Assembly: GCA_024704765.1 (NCBI GenBank)
Contig: JAKMXF010000051.1
Location: 1 to 47,225 of the forward strand
Length of the DNA stretch: 47,225 nucleotides
From: Oopsacas minuta
Taxonomy: Eukaryota > Animalia > Porifera
Reading direction: 5' to 3'
Part shown: one piece after another, positions 10,349 through 22,036 of the stretch
Position numbering within the stretch: the stretch's first letter is position 1
Layout of the letters: each line of letters starts with the position of its first letter
The notes under the pieces: generated by a model
Told to the model about the DNA's origin: nothing
The model's input: the letters and a program-made list of their open reading frames with translations, nothing else
Databases searched by the model: none
Made by a program: the position numbers and the translations under genes

Positions 10349-11443
10349 ATGGCTGAAGCAAAACACCCAAACTATCCTGACCTATCAAAGCACAACAACT
10401 GGATGTCTAGATGTATGACTAATGAGATCTATACCCAGCTGGCCGGCGTCAAGACTAACACCGGCTATACTCTAGACGAGGCTATCCAGACTGGAGTAGA
10501 CAATCCGGGACATCCCTTTATCATGACGGTAGGCTGTGTGGCTGGAGATGAGGACACATATAAGGCATTTGCTCCATTATTAGATGAAATAATAGAGAAG
10601 AGACACGGAGGCTACAGCAAGACTGCTACGCATACCACTGACCTGAATCCTGCTAACATCAAAGGAGACGGACAGTTCGATCCGAATTATGTGCTCAGTA
10701 GTCGTGTCCGCACCGGCAGGAGTATTCGGGGGTACTGTCTGCCTCCTGCATGTAATCGGGGTGAGCGTAGAGCAGTCGAGGAAATACTCATAAAAGCTCT
10801 GGGAGCTCTATCCGGCGATTTTTCTGGGAAATATTACCCACTCAAGAACATGAGTAACGAGGAGCAGGAACAGCTGATCAATGACCACTTGCTCTTCGAT
10901 AAACCGGTCTCTCCACTGCTACTGGCATCAGGAATGGCGCGAGATTGGCCGGACGGACGTGGTATCTGGCATAACGAGAAGAAGAACTTTCTAATCTGGG
11001 TAAATGAGGAGGATCATATGCGCATAATATCCATGCAGCTAGGTGGTGACATGATGGAGGTGTTCAAGAGATGGTGTGAGGGTCTCAAGCTGGTGGAGGA
11101 TGGGATCAAGAACCTCGCTGGGAAGGAGTACATGCATAACGAACATCTAGGGTACATACTAACTTGCCCTTCTAATCTTGGGACAGGAATGCGAGCTGGT
11201 GTTCATGTGAAACTCCCAAACCTATCCAAACACGCCAAATTCGGAGATATTGTGGATAATTTGAGGCTCCAGAAGAGAGGAACTGGTGGCGTGGACACTG
11301 CTGCTGAAGGAGGAGTGTTTGATATCAGTAACAGAGATCGTCTAGGATCCTCAGAGGTGGAACAGATACAAACAGTCCTGGACGGAGTTACCCAGCTAAT
11401 CAATCTTGAAAAGAAATTGGAGAAAGGAGAGTCTATCGATTAA
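10349..11443 (+). CDS. Creatine kinase (phosphagen kinase), single-domain, intronless, 364 aa
   Basis: [26 protein letters not shown] (creatine-type specificity loop), [30 protein letters not shown]. Confidence 0.95.
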   Translation: MAEAKHPNYPDLSKHNNWMSRCMTNEIYTQLAGVKTNTGYTLDEAIQTGVDNPGHPFIMTVGCVAGDEDTYKAFAPLLDEIIEKRHGGYSKTATHTTDLNPANIKGDGQFDPNYVLSSRVRTGRSIRGYCLPPACNRGERRAVEEILIKALGALSGDFSGKYYPLKNMSNEEQEQLINDHLLFDKPVSPLLLASGMARDWPDGRGIWHNEKKNFLIWVNEEDHMRIISMQLGGDMMEVFKRWCEGLKLVEDGIKNLAGKEYMHNEHLGYILTCPSNLGTGMRAGVHVKLPNLSKHAKFGDIVDNLRLQKRGTGGVDTAAEGGVFDISNRDRLGSSEVEQIQTVLDGVTQLINLEKKLEKGESID

Positions 11444-11602
11444 TCCTCTCTCTGAATTATTAGGTGTTAGGTGATGTATCTCCTTAGAATAGTCCTATAC
11501 TCTTGTAATTGTATTACTAGTTATCAACAAATATCTATGTTACTCCTGTGTTGTTAGGGAAATTATATTATTATTTTTGTCAGTATAATACATTACAGAT
11601 TA

Positions 11603-13622
11603 ATGACATCACTAGATGATCCTGTTGTGCGTAGTTACGAGGTGTTTGTATCACAAGCCCTTAACGATCAGCTGTTTGTTCTACAACACCCCACAAGACC
11701 CGCTTTCCTTCCCTTCGGTTCTGATCAGGTCCTATCCGTTAAAAATAAGCCCAATCAGAACAGACTCCAGCTGGAGTACAAGGTTACAAACTCTGACAAT
11801 CCAGCCCGTTTCTGTCCAATTAAATCCCAGTTAGCAAAAGGTGTGAAAATCTGTATATTCTTGTGTGAATATATATTTATATTTGCTATATAGAGCAATC
11901 AGATGATGTTGTAGATACACGAACACCTAGTTACTTACTGACCTCTGAGCCTGGTGTTGTGACTGGGGATCACTATGCAGTGGCAGTCCTGAAAGACAAC
12001 ACACTCCACCTGAACCCTCTGGAGTATGTTGTTCAGATGAGACCAGATATGTCACGCACTTTTGGCAAGAATATTCCTCTCAAGAAGCAACCAGAAACTG
12101 ATGAAGGTTAGTTAGTTCCACTTTATAACACCTCTTATTTCCGTATTTATCGAGGTGTTAGAAATGGAAGGTGACATCGTGCCACTTCAGATGAGAGTGG
12201 CTCGTCCATCATTCAATCAGGAACGAACCAATCAGCGTAAGAGGGAGCGACAGGACCAAGAGGAGGCCTGGGTGCCCCTGGGATATAATGAGTTCTCCAG
12301 CGGAACAGCTGGTTATCTCAGAAGTCTCCTATTCGGTGATGTAGTAGAAAAATCAGCTGGAAATAGACCAATCAGTAACGAGGAATATTTGGAACACCTC
12401 GCCCAGATTTCTAGACAAGTTGACAGATCTTTGGTGAGAAAATATTGATATATTTTGTAAACAATAATACTAACAAATTTGTTTATTTACAGGTGACAAC
12501 TACTCCAGTCAATAGCTCGTTAGACAGAGAGATCAGAAATAAACCAATCAAAGATCAGCTCTTGCATATTCTCAGGAAAGTAGCTGGAAAATGTGTCAAA
12601 TTTTCCTACGTACATGCGTTGCTAGGCAACCAATTCTCAGTTGAGAATTTGCTTAAAGGTCTTCAACAAATATCCCTGTTGGTTCAGGGATGGTTCGTGC
12701 TAATGTCTAGTGAGTTGTACCCTCTGACAGGTGACAACTCCTCTAAAGTGGACCCCTTGGAGCTGAGAAGGTGTCGTGATTTTGTTTTGTCTCATTATGC
12801 CCTCTACAAATTCTTGGAGAAACAAAACACATTCCATTTGTTAGGAATTCCAATCGAAGACTTCAATGAAATATTTGTTCCAATTTCTAGTTTCTATTTA
12901 AGAGGGAAACACTCCTTTAAATATTTGGAAGATAGGAATTTCATTAAGGAACATTTGGATATCTGTACCCAACATTCTGACAAATGGAAACAGGTTATTA
13001 TTGTTTACTTGTTTGTTGTTTTGTTTATTTATTATATTATTGATAGATTTATGAAACTATTCGGAAACATTACAAACTGGATCAGCCCTCTGAGACCCCC
13101 TCTCCCTCAAAAGTGTCCCTCACTGTAACTAACACCTCAAACAAGAAAAGAGCTAAATCTGATTCAGGAATTGACAATAATTCCGTCCGTCAGCTGTTAG
13201 GAAAATCTCCAATAATTTTTCAAACTTTGAAAAATAAAATTTCGATTTTGTACGAAAAAGTTAAACAAGAAAATTCAGAAATTTCAAATCTTTTCCAAAA
13301 CTCAGAAATGTTCGATCAAGTTTTGCGCACAATTCTGCAAGAGATTAACGCCGCAATTATTGAAATCCCCGCCTCTTCTGTAGCTAAAAATAGAATTATT
13401 GTAGTTGCCCGAGAGACTGACTCACCCAGTGACTCATACAGGATGGCACTAATCAGCTGTTTGGAGGTAAAGCCAGTCCAAAAGCGCCAAGAATTAATCG
13501 CCTCATTCAAGAAATCTGTCAAATCTCTTCCAACCAATTTAGACATTAACGAAATAATTCTTGATTTGTGTGACGTCACAGGAAGCAGCTGTAAGATCAA
13601 AGGATTGGATTCTGAATTATAA
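11603..13622 (+). CDS. POLR3E: RNA polymerase III subunit RPC5, 599 aa
   Basis: join(11603..11840,11894..12106,12162..12433,12493..12993,13047..13622) = 1800 nt in frame, introns 53/55/59/53 nt. DDPVVRSYEVFVSQAL...LQHPTRP and YAVAVLKDNTLHLNPLEYVVQMRP match the Sin/RPC5 N-terminal domain. Confidence 0.85.
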
Positions 13623-13697
13623 TTGGTTACTTATTCTGTGTGTTTGTTTGTTTGTTTTTACATGTTTGTTGTTTTGAGTTTAATTAGAATTTATTTG

Positions 13698-15803
13698 ATG
13701 GAAGAAGGGAAACTAAACTGGAACTTAAAGGTGTCAGATCTGCATGAACTATCGGAACTATACATCCGTGAGAAAAGACTAGTTTTCGACAAAATTGCTT
13801 CTCTAAAAGACCCTAATTTCAATAATACATTAGGTGTGATTATAATCACATATGATTAATCCTATATTTTTATTGAATGATCCCTAGGTGCTCTGGAGAG
13901 GTTCGATAGGGATTGGACCTGTCTCGTTAACACCTTAACTCTCTACCAACATGTCGCCTCCTCTCCGGAGCTCCGAACTGCTAGTAGCGAGGCAGACAAG
14001 AATATTAGCAATTTCGATATTCAAATGTCTATGAGATTTGACGTTTTTAAAGTGGTTAATAGTTTGGTGGCACAAAGTGGCACACTTGTGGCAGAGGAGA
14101 AAAGGTGTTTGGAAAAGTTTCTCTTGAAAGGGAGGAAGAATGGCCTAGAGATGGAAGAGGTGAAGAGGAATGCAATCGAAAAGTTAAAACAAGAATTATC
14201 CGATTTGTGTATTGAATTCCAGAAAAATTTGAATGAAGAAAATACGAAATTATTCTTCAATCCTGATCAGCTGAATGGTTAGTTCCGTATTAATATTATT
14301 AGTCCCGTATTAATATATTCTATAGGAACTAGTCAATCATTCCAGGATTCCCTCAAGAAGTCAGAGGATGGATTATTGGAACTGACACTAAGTTACCCGC
14401 ACTTTTTCCCTACAATGGAGTCCTGCTGTGTTCCTGAAACTAGAATGAAATTACAGAAGTCTTTTAATTCCAGATGCAAAGATACAAATTCCTTAATTCT
14501 ATTAAAGGTAACTTCTTAACCAATCAAATTACAGGCTTAATAGTTTCATTAATAGGTACTCAAACTACGTCACGAATTGGCGGGCATTTTAGGCTACAAA
14601 ACATTTTCCGATTTCACTTTGGATGGCGTGACAATGGCTGCCACTTCTCAGAGGGTCAAAGAATTCTTGGAGAATTTGAAACTTAGACTTAAGAGTTTAG
14701 GAGAACAGGATTTGAATGCCTTATTGGAACTGAAACTAACTGAGACAGATGACAATAGTCCTATAACTATGTATGACTACAGATATTATATGAAGAGGCG
14801 CCAAAAGCTTCATTGTGGTATTGACCATGAGGCATACCGATCATACTTTCCAGTAACCAAGGTTACTGATGCTGTATGTGATATTTATCAAGAATTATTG
14901 GGTCTCAAATTTACGCCGGACACATCTGCCAAATTGTGGCACGAAGAGGTTAGGTGTCATGTGGTTCACGATGCTTCATGTGGCGAGCTGCTCGGACACT
15001 TTTTCCTGGACCTGTTCCCGCGTGAAGGGAAGTACGGTCATGCATGTTGTATCGGAATTCAGCCATCATGCCACTCCGACACATTTTCACAGCCTGCTGT
15101 AGCTGTCATGCTTGCTAACTTTACTCGTGGACAAGGTGACAAACCGGGCCTCCTGACCCATGACGAGGTGGAAACTTACTTCCACGAATTTGGACACGTC
15201 ATGCATCAACTGTGTACACGTACTCAGCTCAGCTGTTTCTCAGGGACTCGTGTGGAGAGGGATTTTGTAGAGACCCCCTCACAGATGCTGGAAAACTGGT
15301 GTTGGAGTAGAGAAGGCCTCAAGAGGCTTAGCTGCCACTTTGACACAAATGAACCACTTAGTGACCTGATGATAGACAATCTTGTAAAGTCAAGATTCCT
15401 AAACCACCCACTCAAAACTCTCCGCCAGGTGGCTCTATCCACTTTAGATTTTGTGCTACACACAGACTCTAATGTTGATCTCTCTGTCTACGACCAAATT
15501 ATGACAGACATTCTTGGCATTCCTCCGTTGCTAGGGACATGTATGCCTGCCACATTTGTGCATCTTACGGGTGGCTATGACTCCAAATACTACGGATATC
15601 TCTGGAGTCAGGTGTTTGCTGCTGATATGTTTGTTACACGATTTGAGAAGGAGGGTATCTTCTCACAGAGAGTTGGGATGGATTATAGAAGGTTCATATT
15701 GGAACCAGGCGGTACCCTGGATGCAGATGTGATGCTTAGGAATTTCCTGGGAAGAGAGCCGAATAGTGACGCATTCTTCAGAGCTCTGACACCAAGAGTG
15801 TGA
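13698..15803 (+). CDS. THOP1: Thimet oligopeptidase/neurolysin-like M3 metallopeptidase, 651 aa
   Basis: join(13698..13833,13888..14277,14326..14507,14556..15803) = 1956 nt in frame. HEFGH zinc motif, DLFPREGKYGHA, ERDFVETPSQMLENW, GGYDSKYYGYLWS. THOP1 vs NLN orthology is not resolved. Confidence 0.9.
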
Positions 15804-15934
15804 ATTATTCATATGCTTAACTTGTTAATTACTAGAATTGATCTTAGAATTATTTGCTCAAATCGGAACTAATTAGAATATATCAGAGGTGTTAAATGTA
15901 TAATATTATCTATACCTTTATGCCCTAGCAACCA

Positions 15935-18919
15935 ATGTCTGCTCAGGAATGCTGTGACATAACTCTTAGAATATTTTCATCAATTCAAGAACTCAGAAAT
16001 CAGAGAATTATACAAAATGCAAAATCTGAAATATTATCTCTACTCTCTAAATTCACACCTCTCGAGGTGTTAGATGCCATTCTGCCACCTCTGCGACACA
16101 TTTTGTGCCACAAATCTAACAATAGATATCTTCAGGCTTACTTTGAACTCGTAATCTCACTAATTATAGAATTTTCACACCTCTCATATAGTGTCACCGA
16201 ATTATGTCTCAAAGATTCCATTTTAGAAGAAATATTAAAATTATCAGATGTTAAGAATAAAGTGGTTCGTACAAGAACGTGTCAACTATTGTGTCACATT
16301 GTGGCACGAGATGGTGCAACACAAATCAAGCTAGGTGTCTGGGAAGACAGAATTTATGATTGTCTCTTGAGTCACACGCGGGATAAGATTTCGTCTGTCA
16401 GGATTGAAGCCATTAAAGGATTGGCCAATTTTATGAAACCATCTGACCATTTGTGTCCATGTGTTCTCAGAATAATGTGGCACATCAAACATGACGCCTC
16501 TAGTGACGTCAGGAAAAAGTGTCTCCAATTGCTACCCCTGACGAATGAAACTTTAGATATAATTGTGTCACAAGTGGCAGATAATAGTGTCGAGGTTAAA
16601 GTGACAACTTTGAAAATTCTAACAGAAAATATTCATTTGAAATTTCTTAGAATGTCAGAAGTTATGCAAATTCTAAAAATAGCAACCTTTGAGCAGAATA
16701 AAGGTGTGATAATTGGATTCCAGAATCTTTTCAAGAAGTGGCTCTCTCTGGAATGTGACATTATTTTCATTTTGCAGAGATTCGATTTGATTGGCGAGCC
16801 ACAAATCTGCTCACAAACACTTCAGAATTTCTTGAAAATCTCACCACTTGGCGCTCTTTCTAAATTGTGGCAGAATTTGACAGGTATCGAGACAGCAGAC
16901 CTGCCTCCTGATGGTCTCTTGTGTGGTGACATATTTGAGCCATCTGCCATTTCTGTAGAATTCTCGTTTTTGTGGCTAAATTTAGCAAACTTTGTCCATA
17001 ACAACAAGGAAGGATCTCCGGTATGTGAGGAATGTGTAATTCCTGATCCTGTCCAGTTCTCTGAATATTTAATTAAATTTCAGGAATTTTTTGTGACACA
17101 AAATGGCGCTTATTCTGAACAGCTGAGATTCATTTTCGAGAATATTTTACAACTTTTGGAATTCATTGATTATTCAAACGAAAGTGGCAGAGATCGCATA
17201 ATTGTGTCACTCAGATCTTTGGTTACTAACAATGAATTCCACCTGTCTCTAATTGAGCCATCTCTGCGCCACTTCATACTTATATGCCCTGATGTCGATA
17301 AGAGAATTATGAATTTATCAACCGCCATTATTGCCATGAATGTGTCATCTCAGCCACCAGATATTCAAGACCCTTACACTCAATTATCAACTCCTTTAAC
17401 ACAGACCGACACATCTCTGCCACTTGACACTCATACCGACACAATTATGCCACCTAACACCCAGGAGAGTGACACTTTAGACAAAAGTTTGAGATCTCTT
17501 CAAATAACTATTTTGCTTATGCAACAAGTCAAAGTAAGTTCTGTTTGTTTATTTGTTTGTTTATCTGTATAGGTTCAGCATTTGTTTGTTTATTTGTTTG
17601 TTTATCTGTATAGGTTCAGCATTTGTTTGTTTATTTGTTTATCTGTGTAGATTCAGCATTTGTTTGTTTATTTGTTTGTTTATCTTTGTAGGTTCAGCAA
17701 CCTGACTCACAACTCCTATCTTTAGTTAATTCTGTTTTACTTCCAAATCTTTTACAAGAAGATTTTGCTGTTAGAGAATTGGCGCTCAAAGGATTGGCTG
17801 TCACTTCTATGACGTCATTTGAAATGGCACATAATGTGGTCCCTAGCTTCATAATGGTAGCAACAGAAGCCCTCTTCTTAGACCACCTCAGTGTACAAAT
17901 AACAGCACTTAGTTCCATATTGGACCTGTTCCTGTTGTATGGAGATCCTGTTTTCAAGGTGTGATATATAATCATATGAATAATCACTCTTTTATCACTT
18001 TCATATTTCTTTATAGCTAATGAAAATGTTGATTCATAATTCTGAGCCTGAAGAGTCTAATCCGGAACCAGAACAGGAACTTGGACAGGAACAAACTGAC
18101 CATGAAGCACACATTCCAGCTGTTAAGCAACACATAATTTCAATACTATTAAGAGTTATCCAATCAGATTCTCCGGAATTACAGGAAATAGCTCTCATAG
18201 GTTTGTGTAAATTATTCTTAGCCAATAGGATTCGTTCCTGTAATTTATTGGGACAACTTCTGATAAGATCCTTCCATCCGGTTACCAACACCTCTCCGTC
18301 CCTCACCGAGGCTATATTTGCATTTTTCTATTCCTTCACTTTGAGGTGTCAAGAGAATTGTGTCCTCTTAGCGGACTCTCTTATCCCGACACTTTGGACA
18401 GTGTTTGAAGCTCCTGAGGACACATTTTTGAGTTTAGTTAGTTTGGACGCTGTCAGTGACAAAGTTCTATTTTTCTTAACTCATAAGAATTCACACGATT
18501 TATTAGTTGAACAGCTGTTAATTCTGTGTCTGAATAATTTGGAAAATGAGGTGATATGTAGATCAGCTGTTCGATGTCTCAGCCAATCAGATTTGAGTCA
18601 TTTTGGGCATCAAATTCAGGTGGTGAAGCACTGGGGAAATTTAACCAATGAAATTGCAAAGAATTCCACTAATAATATATTCATAGGAAAATTCCAAGCA
18701 AAACTCAAAGTGTTAAACCCAGATTATGACATTGTGTCACCGTGCCACTTTATGACACCTAAGTCCGCCACTAAATCCAGTGTAAAGAAAGGTTATGGTC
18801 GCTCTATCAAGAAAAAGGCAGAATCCATCCGTGAGTCACTAACACCTCGAGTGAAATCATCGCGACACAAAACACCTATAAATTATACTATTGAATTCAG
18901 TTCTGGAGAAGAATCTTAG
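15935..18919 (+). CDS. NCAPG: Condensin I subunit CAP-G (HEAT repeats), 922 aa
   Basis: join(15935..17533,17692..17958,18017..18919) = 2769 nt in frame. KNKVVRTRTCQLL, RDKISSVRIEA, HDASSDVRK, LLPNLLQEDFAVRELALKGL, ALIGLCKLFL; CDK-site-rich basic tail. Confidence 0.85.
17542..17699 (+). repeat. Four tandem copies (41/37/41-nt spacing) of the NCAPG intron-1 3' splice site
   Basis: Unit tttgtttgtttatttgtttgtttatctgtatag|gttcagca; AGs end at 17572, 17613, 17650 and 17691. Confidence 0.95.
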
Positions 18920-19259
18920 ATTTATTATTATAGCAACCTAGCAACCAGATTGGTTACAAATATATCAAATTAACTGAAACTATAAAGATATAATTCTTAT
19001 CTTCAGAACAGCTGATGAACCCATCCATCAGTTCTAATCTTTTATTTGATTTCTTTGTTCTTTTGTGTCGCACGACAATATGTGACAGCTGTGCCACTTA
19101 GCAATTATGTTATTTATCCTAATCAGTCCTCTGTTACCAGAACCATAGGATAGTTCCATTTTAAAGAGGACAAAATTCTAAAATTAGAACAAGTATCTGT
19201 AATTCATACACGAATCAACCAATGAAATAAGAGAGATATACCAAACTAAATACACTAAC

Positions 19260-19315
19260 GTTTAGCTGTTTAGCTGTTTAGCTGTTTAGCTGTTTAGCTG
19301 TTTAGCTGTTTAGCT
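19260..19315. repeat. Perfect octamer microsatellite (GTTTAGCT)x7
   Basis: Read directly; 24 nt downstream of the gelsolin-like stop codon. Confidence 0.97.
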
Positions 19316-19339
19316 AGACATTTGACAAACACACACAAA

Positions 19340-20440
19340 TTATTGGAATTTACTAGAAAAGCTCTGTGGCTCTTGTCCCTGCTTGACTACACTAATCGGA
19401 ACCAAGGGGTGATCAGTTCCGGATAGATAGTTGTGTGCATAAGACATTCCATTCTTCTTTTCATCCCCGGAGGCGCCAGATCCTATCCACACGAAACAAT
19501 CGGTCCCTATGTCCGCTATGAACACATCGTTAGGGTCCAATTTGTTCCAATGGAGGGTCCCGTCCTCCTCGCAGGAGAACTGCATTGAACCCCCGGCGTC
19601 ACTGAGACGGTACAACTTTTTTATGGGTACCATTTGAGAGCTCTTAGAGGCCTCCTCGGGAGTCAGTTGTTCGTCTGACATGAATCCAAAGAACTCATTG
19701 ACTTCTGATCCGTGATCTCCTTCATCTATGATCTCAAATGCTATGCGTCCTATTCTGTCAGATTTAATCTCCTGTATTACCTGTGCTCCTTTGTATTTCT
19801 CATTCTTATTAGAGGTCTTACCCTGCCATAAGTACCCTTTTGTACCAGCATCAAGAATGAACACGTCATCACTGTTTATTACTGCCTTTTTAAGCGCCAC
19901 TTCTTTCACGGTTGTCGAGCTTTTCGCGTTTTCAGACCGGATGTGTAGGAGTCTGGGTTTGTAGTGCTCAGGTTCCACATGTTTGAACCCTGTCTCTGCT
20001 CCTCCTTCTAGGATATTTATAGATTTGAAATATTTCTTGAATAATTCAGATTCATATCCCATAACCTCTCTGTGTTGTATGGGTTTATCATCATGATAGG
20101 TGTCAAGCTCTACTGTCTTATAAGCAGCTGTTCCGTACTCATCCTGTGTAGAGTCCTTTCCTATCCAAAAGTGTACGTCATATTTTAACAGTTCCTCCTC
20201 TTTGTATGTATTTAGGATTATATAGGAATCTCCGCCGTAGAATTTTCCGTATTCGTCCTTTGGCCATGTTTCCACTTTGAATTTTACTATCCGCCAAATT
20301 TCCAGGCCCACCTTACTTCCAGATCCGTGCCAGGCAGGCTCAGCCTCCGCGGACTCCTTCTTCACACCTTTCTCTGTGTCAGACCCAAACAGAGCTAAAT
20401 TAGAATCCTTCCAATCGTATTCCTTTGCCTTGACTGCCAT
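19340..20440 (-). CDS. Three-domain gelsolin/severin-like actin-severing protein, intronless, 366 aa
   Basis: GLEIWRIVKF, GKFYGGDSYIIL, DVHFWIGKDSTQDEYGTAAYKTVELD, QHREVMGYESELF, DDVFILD, DVFIADIG. Confidence 0.93.
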   Translation of the reverse strand: MAVKAKEYDWKDSNLALFGSDTEKGVKKESAEAEPAWHGSGSKVGLEIWRIVKFKVETWPKDEYGKFYGGDSYIILNTYKEEELLKYDVHFWIGKDSTQDEYGTAAYKTVELDTYHDDKPIQHREVMGYESELFKKYFKSINILEGGAETGFKHVEPEHYKPRLLHIRSENAKSSTTVKEVALKKAVINSDDVFILDAGTKGYLWQGKTSNKNEKYKGAQVIQEIKSDRIGRIAFEIIDEGDHGSEVNEFFGFMSDEQLTPEEASKSSQMVPIKKLYRLSDAGGSMQFSCEEDGTLHWNKLDPNDVFIADIGTDCFVWIGSGASGDEKKNGMSYAHNYLSGTDHPLVPISVVKQGQEPQSFSSKFQ

Positions 20441-21026
20441 ATTTTGCTACTGTGACACTTTATGCCACTTTTATAGCAAAATGTGTCGTACTTGGCTGAC
20501 TAAAATTGGTAATTTCTCTTTGAAGCCATCTATTGAAACCTTTTCAATCTTAGATAACATAATACGCTAGCCAATAGGATTCTCAGGAATTTGCATTCAC
20601 AAATCCAACACCTTCAATAGCTTATTTGGAACTAAATATTTTATAGTTCCAATTTACTATAATTAATTCTTAGTTCACTAGATAAATTAGTTTCTAGAAT
20701 TGCGCGTTATTTGGCGCTTAATTCGATAATTGGCGCCTTACTCTTTTATTGCCTAAAATGGAAATAATAGAATCATTATTGAATTTTGGATTATTGTTTC
20801 TATTTAGTAATTAAGTTAAGGAAACCTTTCTAAAATGTGTCACAAATGGTTTCAGATAAATCACATTTCTTATAAACCCATATATCACTTCTAAACAGAT
20901 TTATTGACTCTACTCATGTGTCACACTTTAGCTCTAATTATTCATATTATTTAGGCGCCTGAATTTGGCGGAAACTTTAGTTATAATTCCTATTATTATT
21001 CTATAAATAGCAACTCTTATAACTCT

Positions 21027-21902
21027 ATGGATTGGTCAGCAGAACAGCTGATTCATTATCTCAAGAATCCGTATAACATAGCTTATGATATTCAGGGATT
21101 TTACGTCTCAAATCTGCCCAACTCAGACCCCAGGGTGTCAAACTGGCTCCTCATGCATTCCATAATGCCTACCATCTATGCAGTTGGTGCCTACCTCAGC
21201 TTGGTGTCAATAACTACGATTGTATCTCGACACCTTCCTAAGATGGAACTATTGTCTGCTATGCGTCTGTATAACATTTCTATTATTCTCATATGTGCTT
21301 ATACTATGTACGAACTTATCGTAAGCTCTATCCTGATTGGTCAGAACTTCTGGTGCTCTCCCGCCATTTACTCAACTGACGAATCAGCTGTTCGATATGC
21401 TAGAGCTATTTGGCTGTATTATGTGTCCAAATTTCTGGAATTCACAGATACTACATTCTTTGTATTACGCGGGAAATTCAATCAGGTTACATTCCTACAT
21501 GTGTACCATCATGCCAGTATGCCACTTATCTGGTGGGTAGGTGTGAAGTGGCACGCGGGTGGCATAACACACGTTGGACCCATTTGTAACAGTTTTATCC
21601 ACGTGGTAATGTACTCGTACTATTTCCTGGCTTCTTTTGGCGCCCGATTTCAGAGGTATCTATGGTGGAAGAAATATTTGACAGTCATGCAGCTGGCTCA
21701 GTTTCATATTGTACTTATTCACACCTTTTTGGCGCTCGTTTCTGAGGATTGCGGTTACTCAAAAGGTGTTTTAACAAGTCAAACAATTTATATGATTTCT
21801 CTGATTGGTTTATTTCTTAATTTCTATTTTCAAAGCTATTCTGCTAAGAAATCTAATCAGCCAATCAGAAACGGAGTTCGTAAAGAAATTCTCATTGAAT
21901 AG
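21027..21902 (+). CDS. Very-long-chain fatty acid elongase, ELOVL4/ELOVL7-like, intronless, 291 aa
   Basis: DPRVSNWLLM, SKFLEFTDTTFFVLRGK, FLHVYHH (HxxHH), NSFIHVVMYSYY, WWKKYLTVMQLAQF. Confidence 0.92.
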   Translation: MDWSAEQLIHYLKNPYNIAYDIQGFYVSNLPNSDPRVSNWLLMHSIMPTIYAVGAYLSLVSITTIVSRHLPKMELLSAMRLYNISIILICAYTMYELIVSSILIGQNFWCSPAIYSTDESAVRYARAIWLYYVSKFLEFTDTTFFVLRGKFNQVTFLHVYHHASMPLIWWVGVKWHAGGITHVGPICNSFIHVVMYSYYFLASFGARFQRYLWWKKYLTVMQLAQFHIVLIHTFLALVSEDCGYSKGVLTSQTIYMISLIGLFLNFYFQSYSAKKSNQPIRNGVRKEILIE

Positions 21903-22036
21903 AATCCTTAGTTACCAGATTTACAGATAGGAATTCTTATTTATTTATAACCTTTCACACTTTTTAATATATTCATATTTTCACACCTTTCTCTACTTAT
22001 AAGTATTAATTGACCAATTATTTTGCTAGTTAGCAT

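Noticed and set aside
10349-11443. Intronless genes (CK, AGPAT, gelsolin, ELOVL, ADCK5, UBE4A) as retrocopies or horizontal transfers
   Set aside because: All are typical animal-family proteins with intact ORFs, and intron-poor genes are common throughout this compact window; no independent evidence of transfer.
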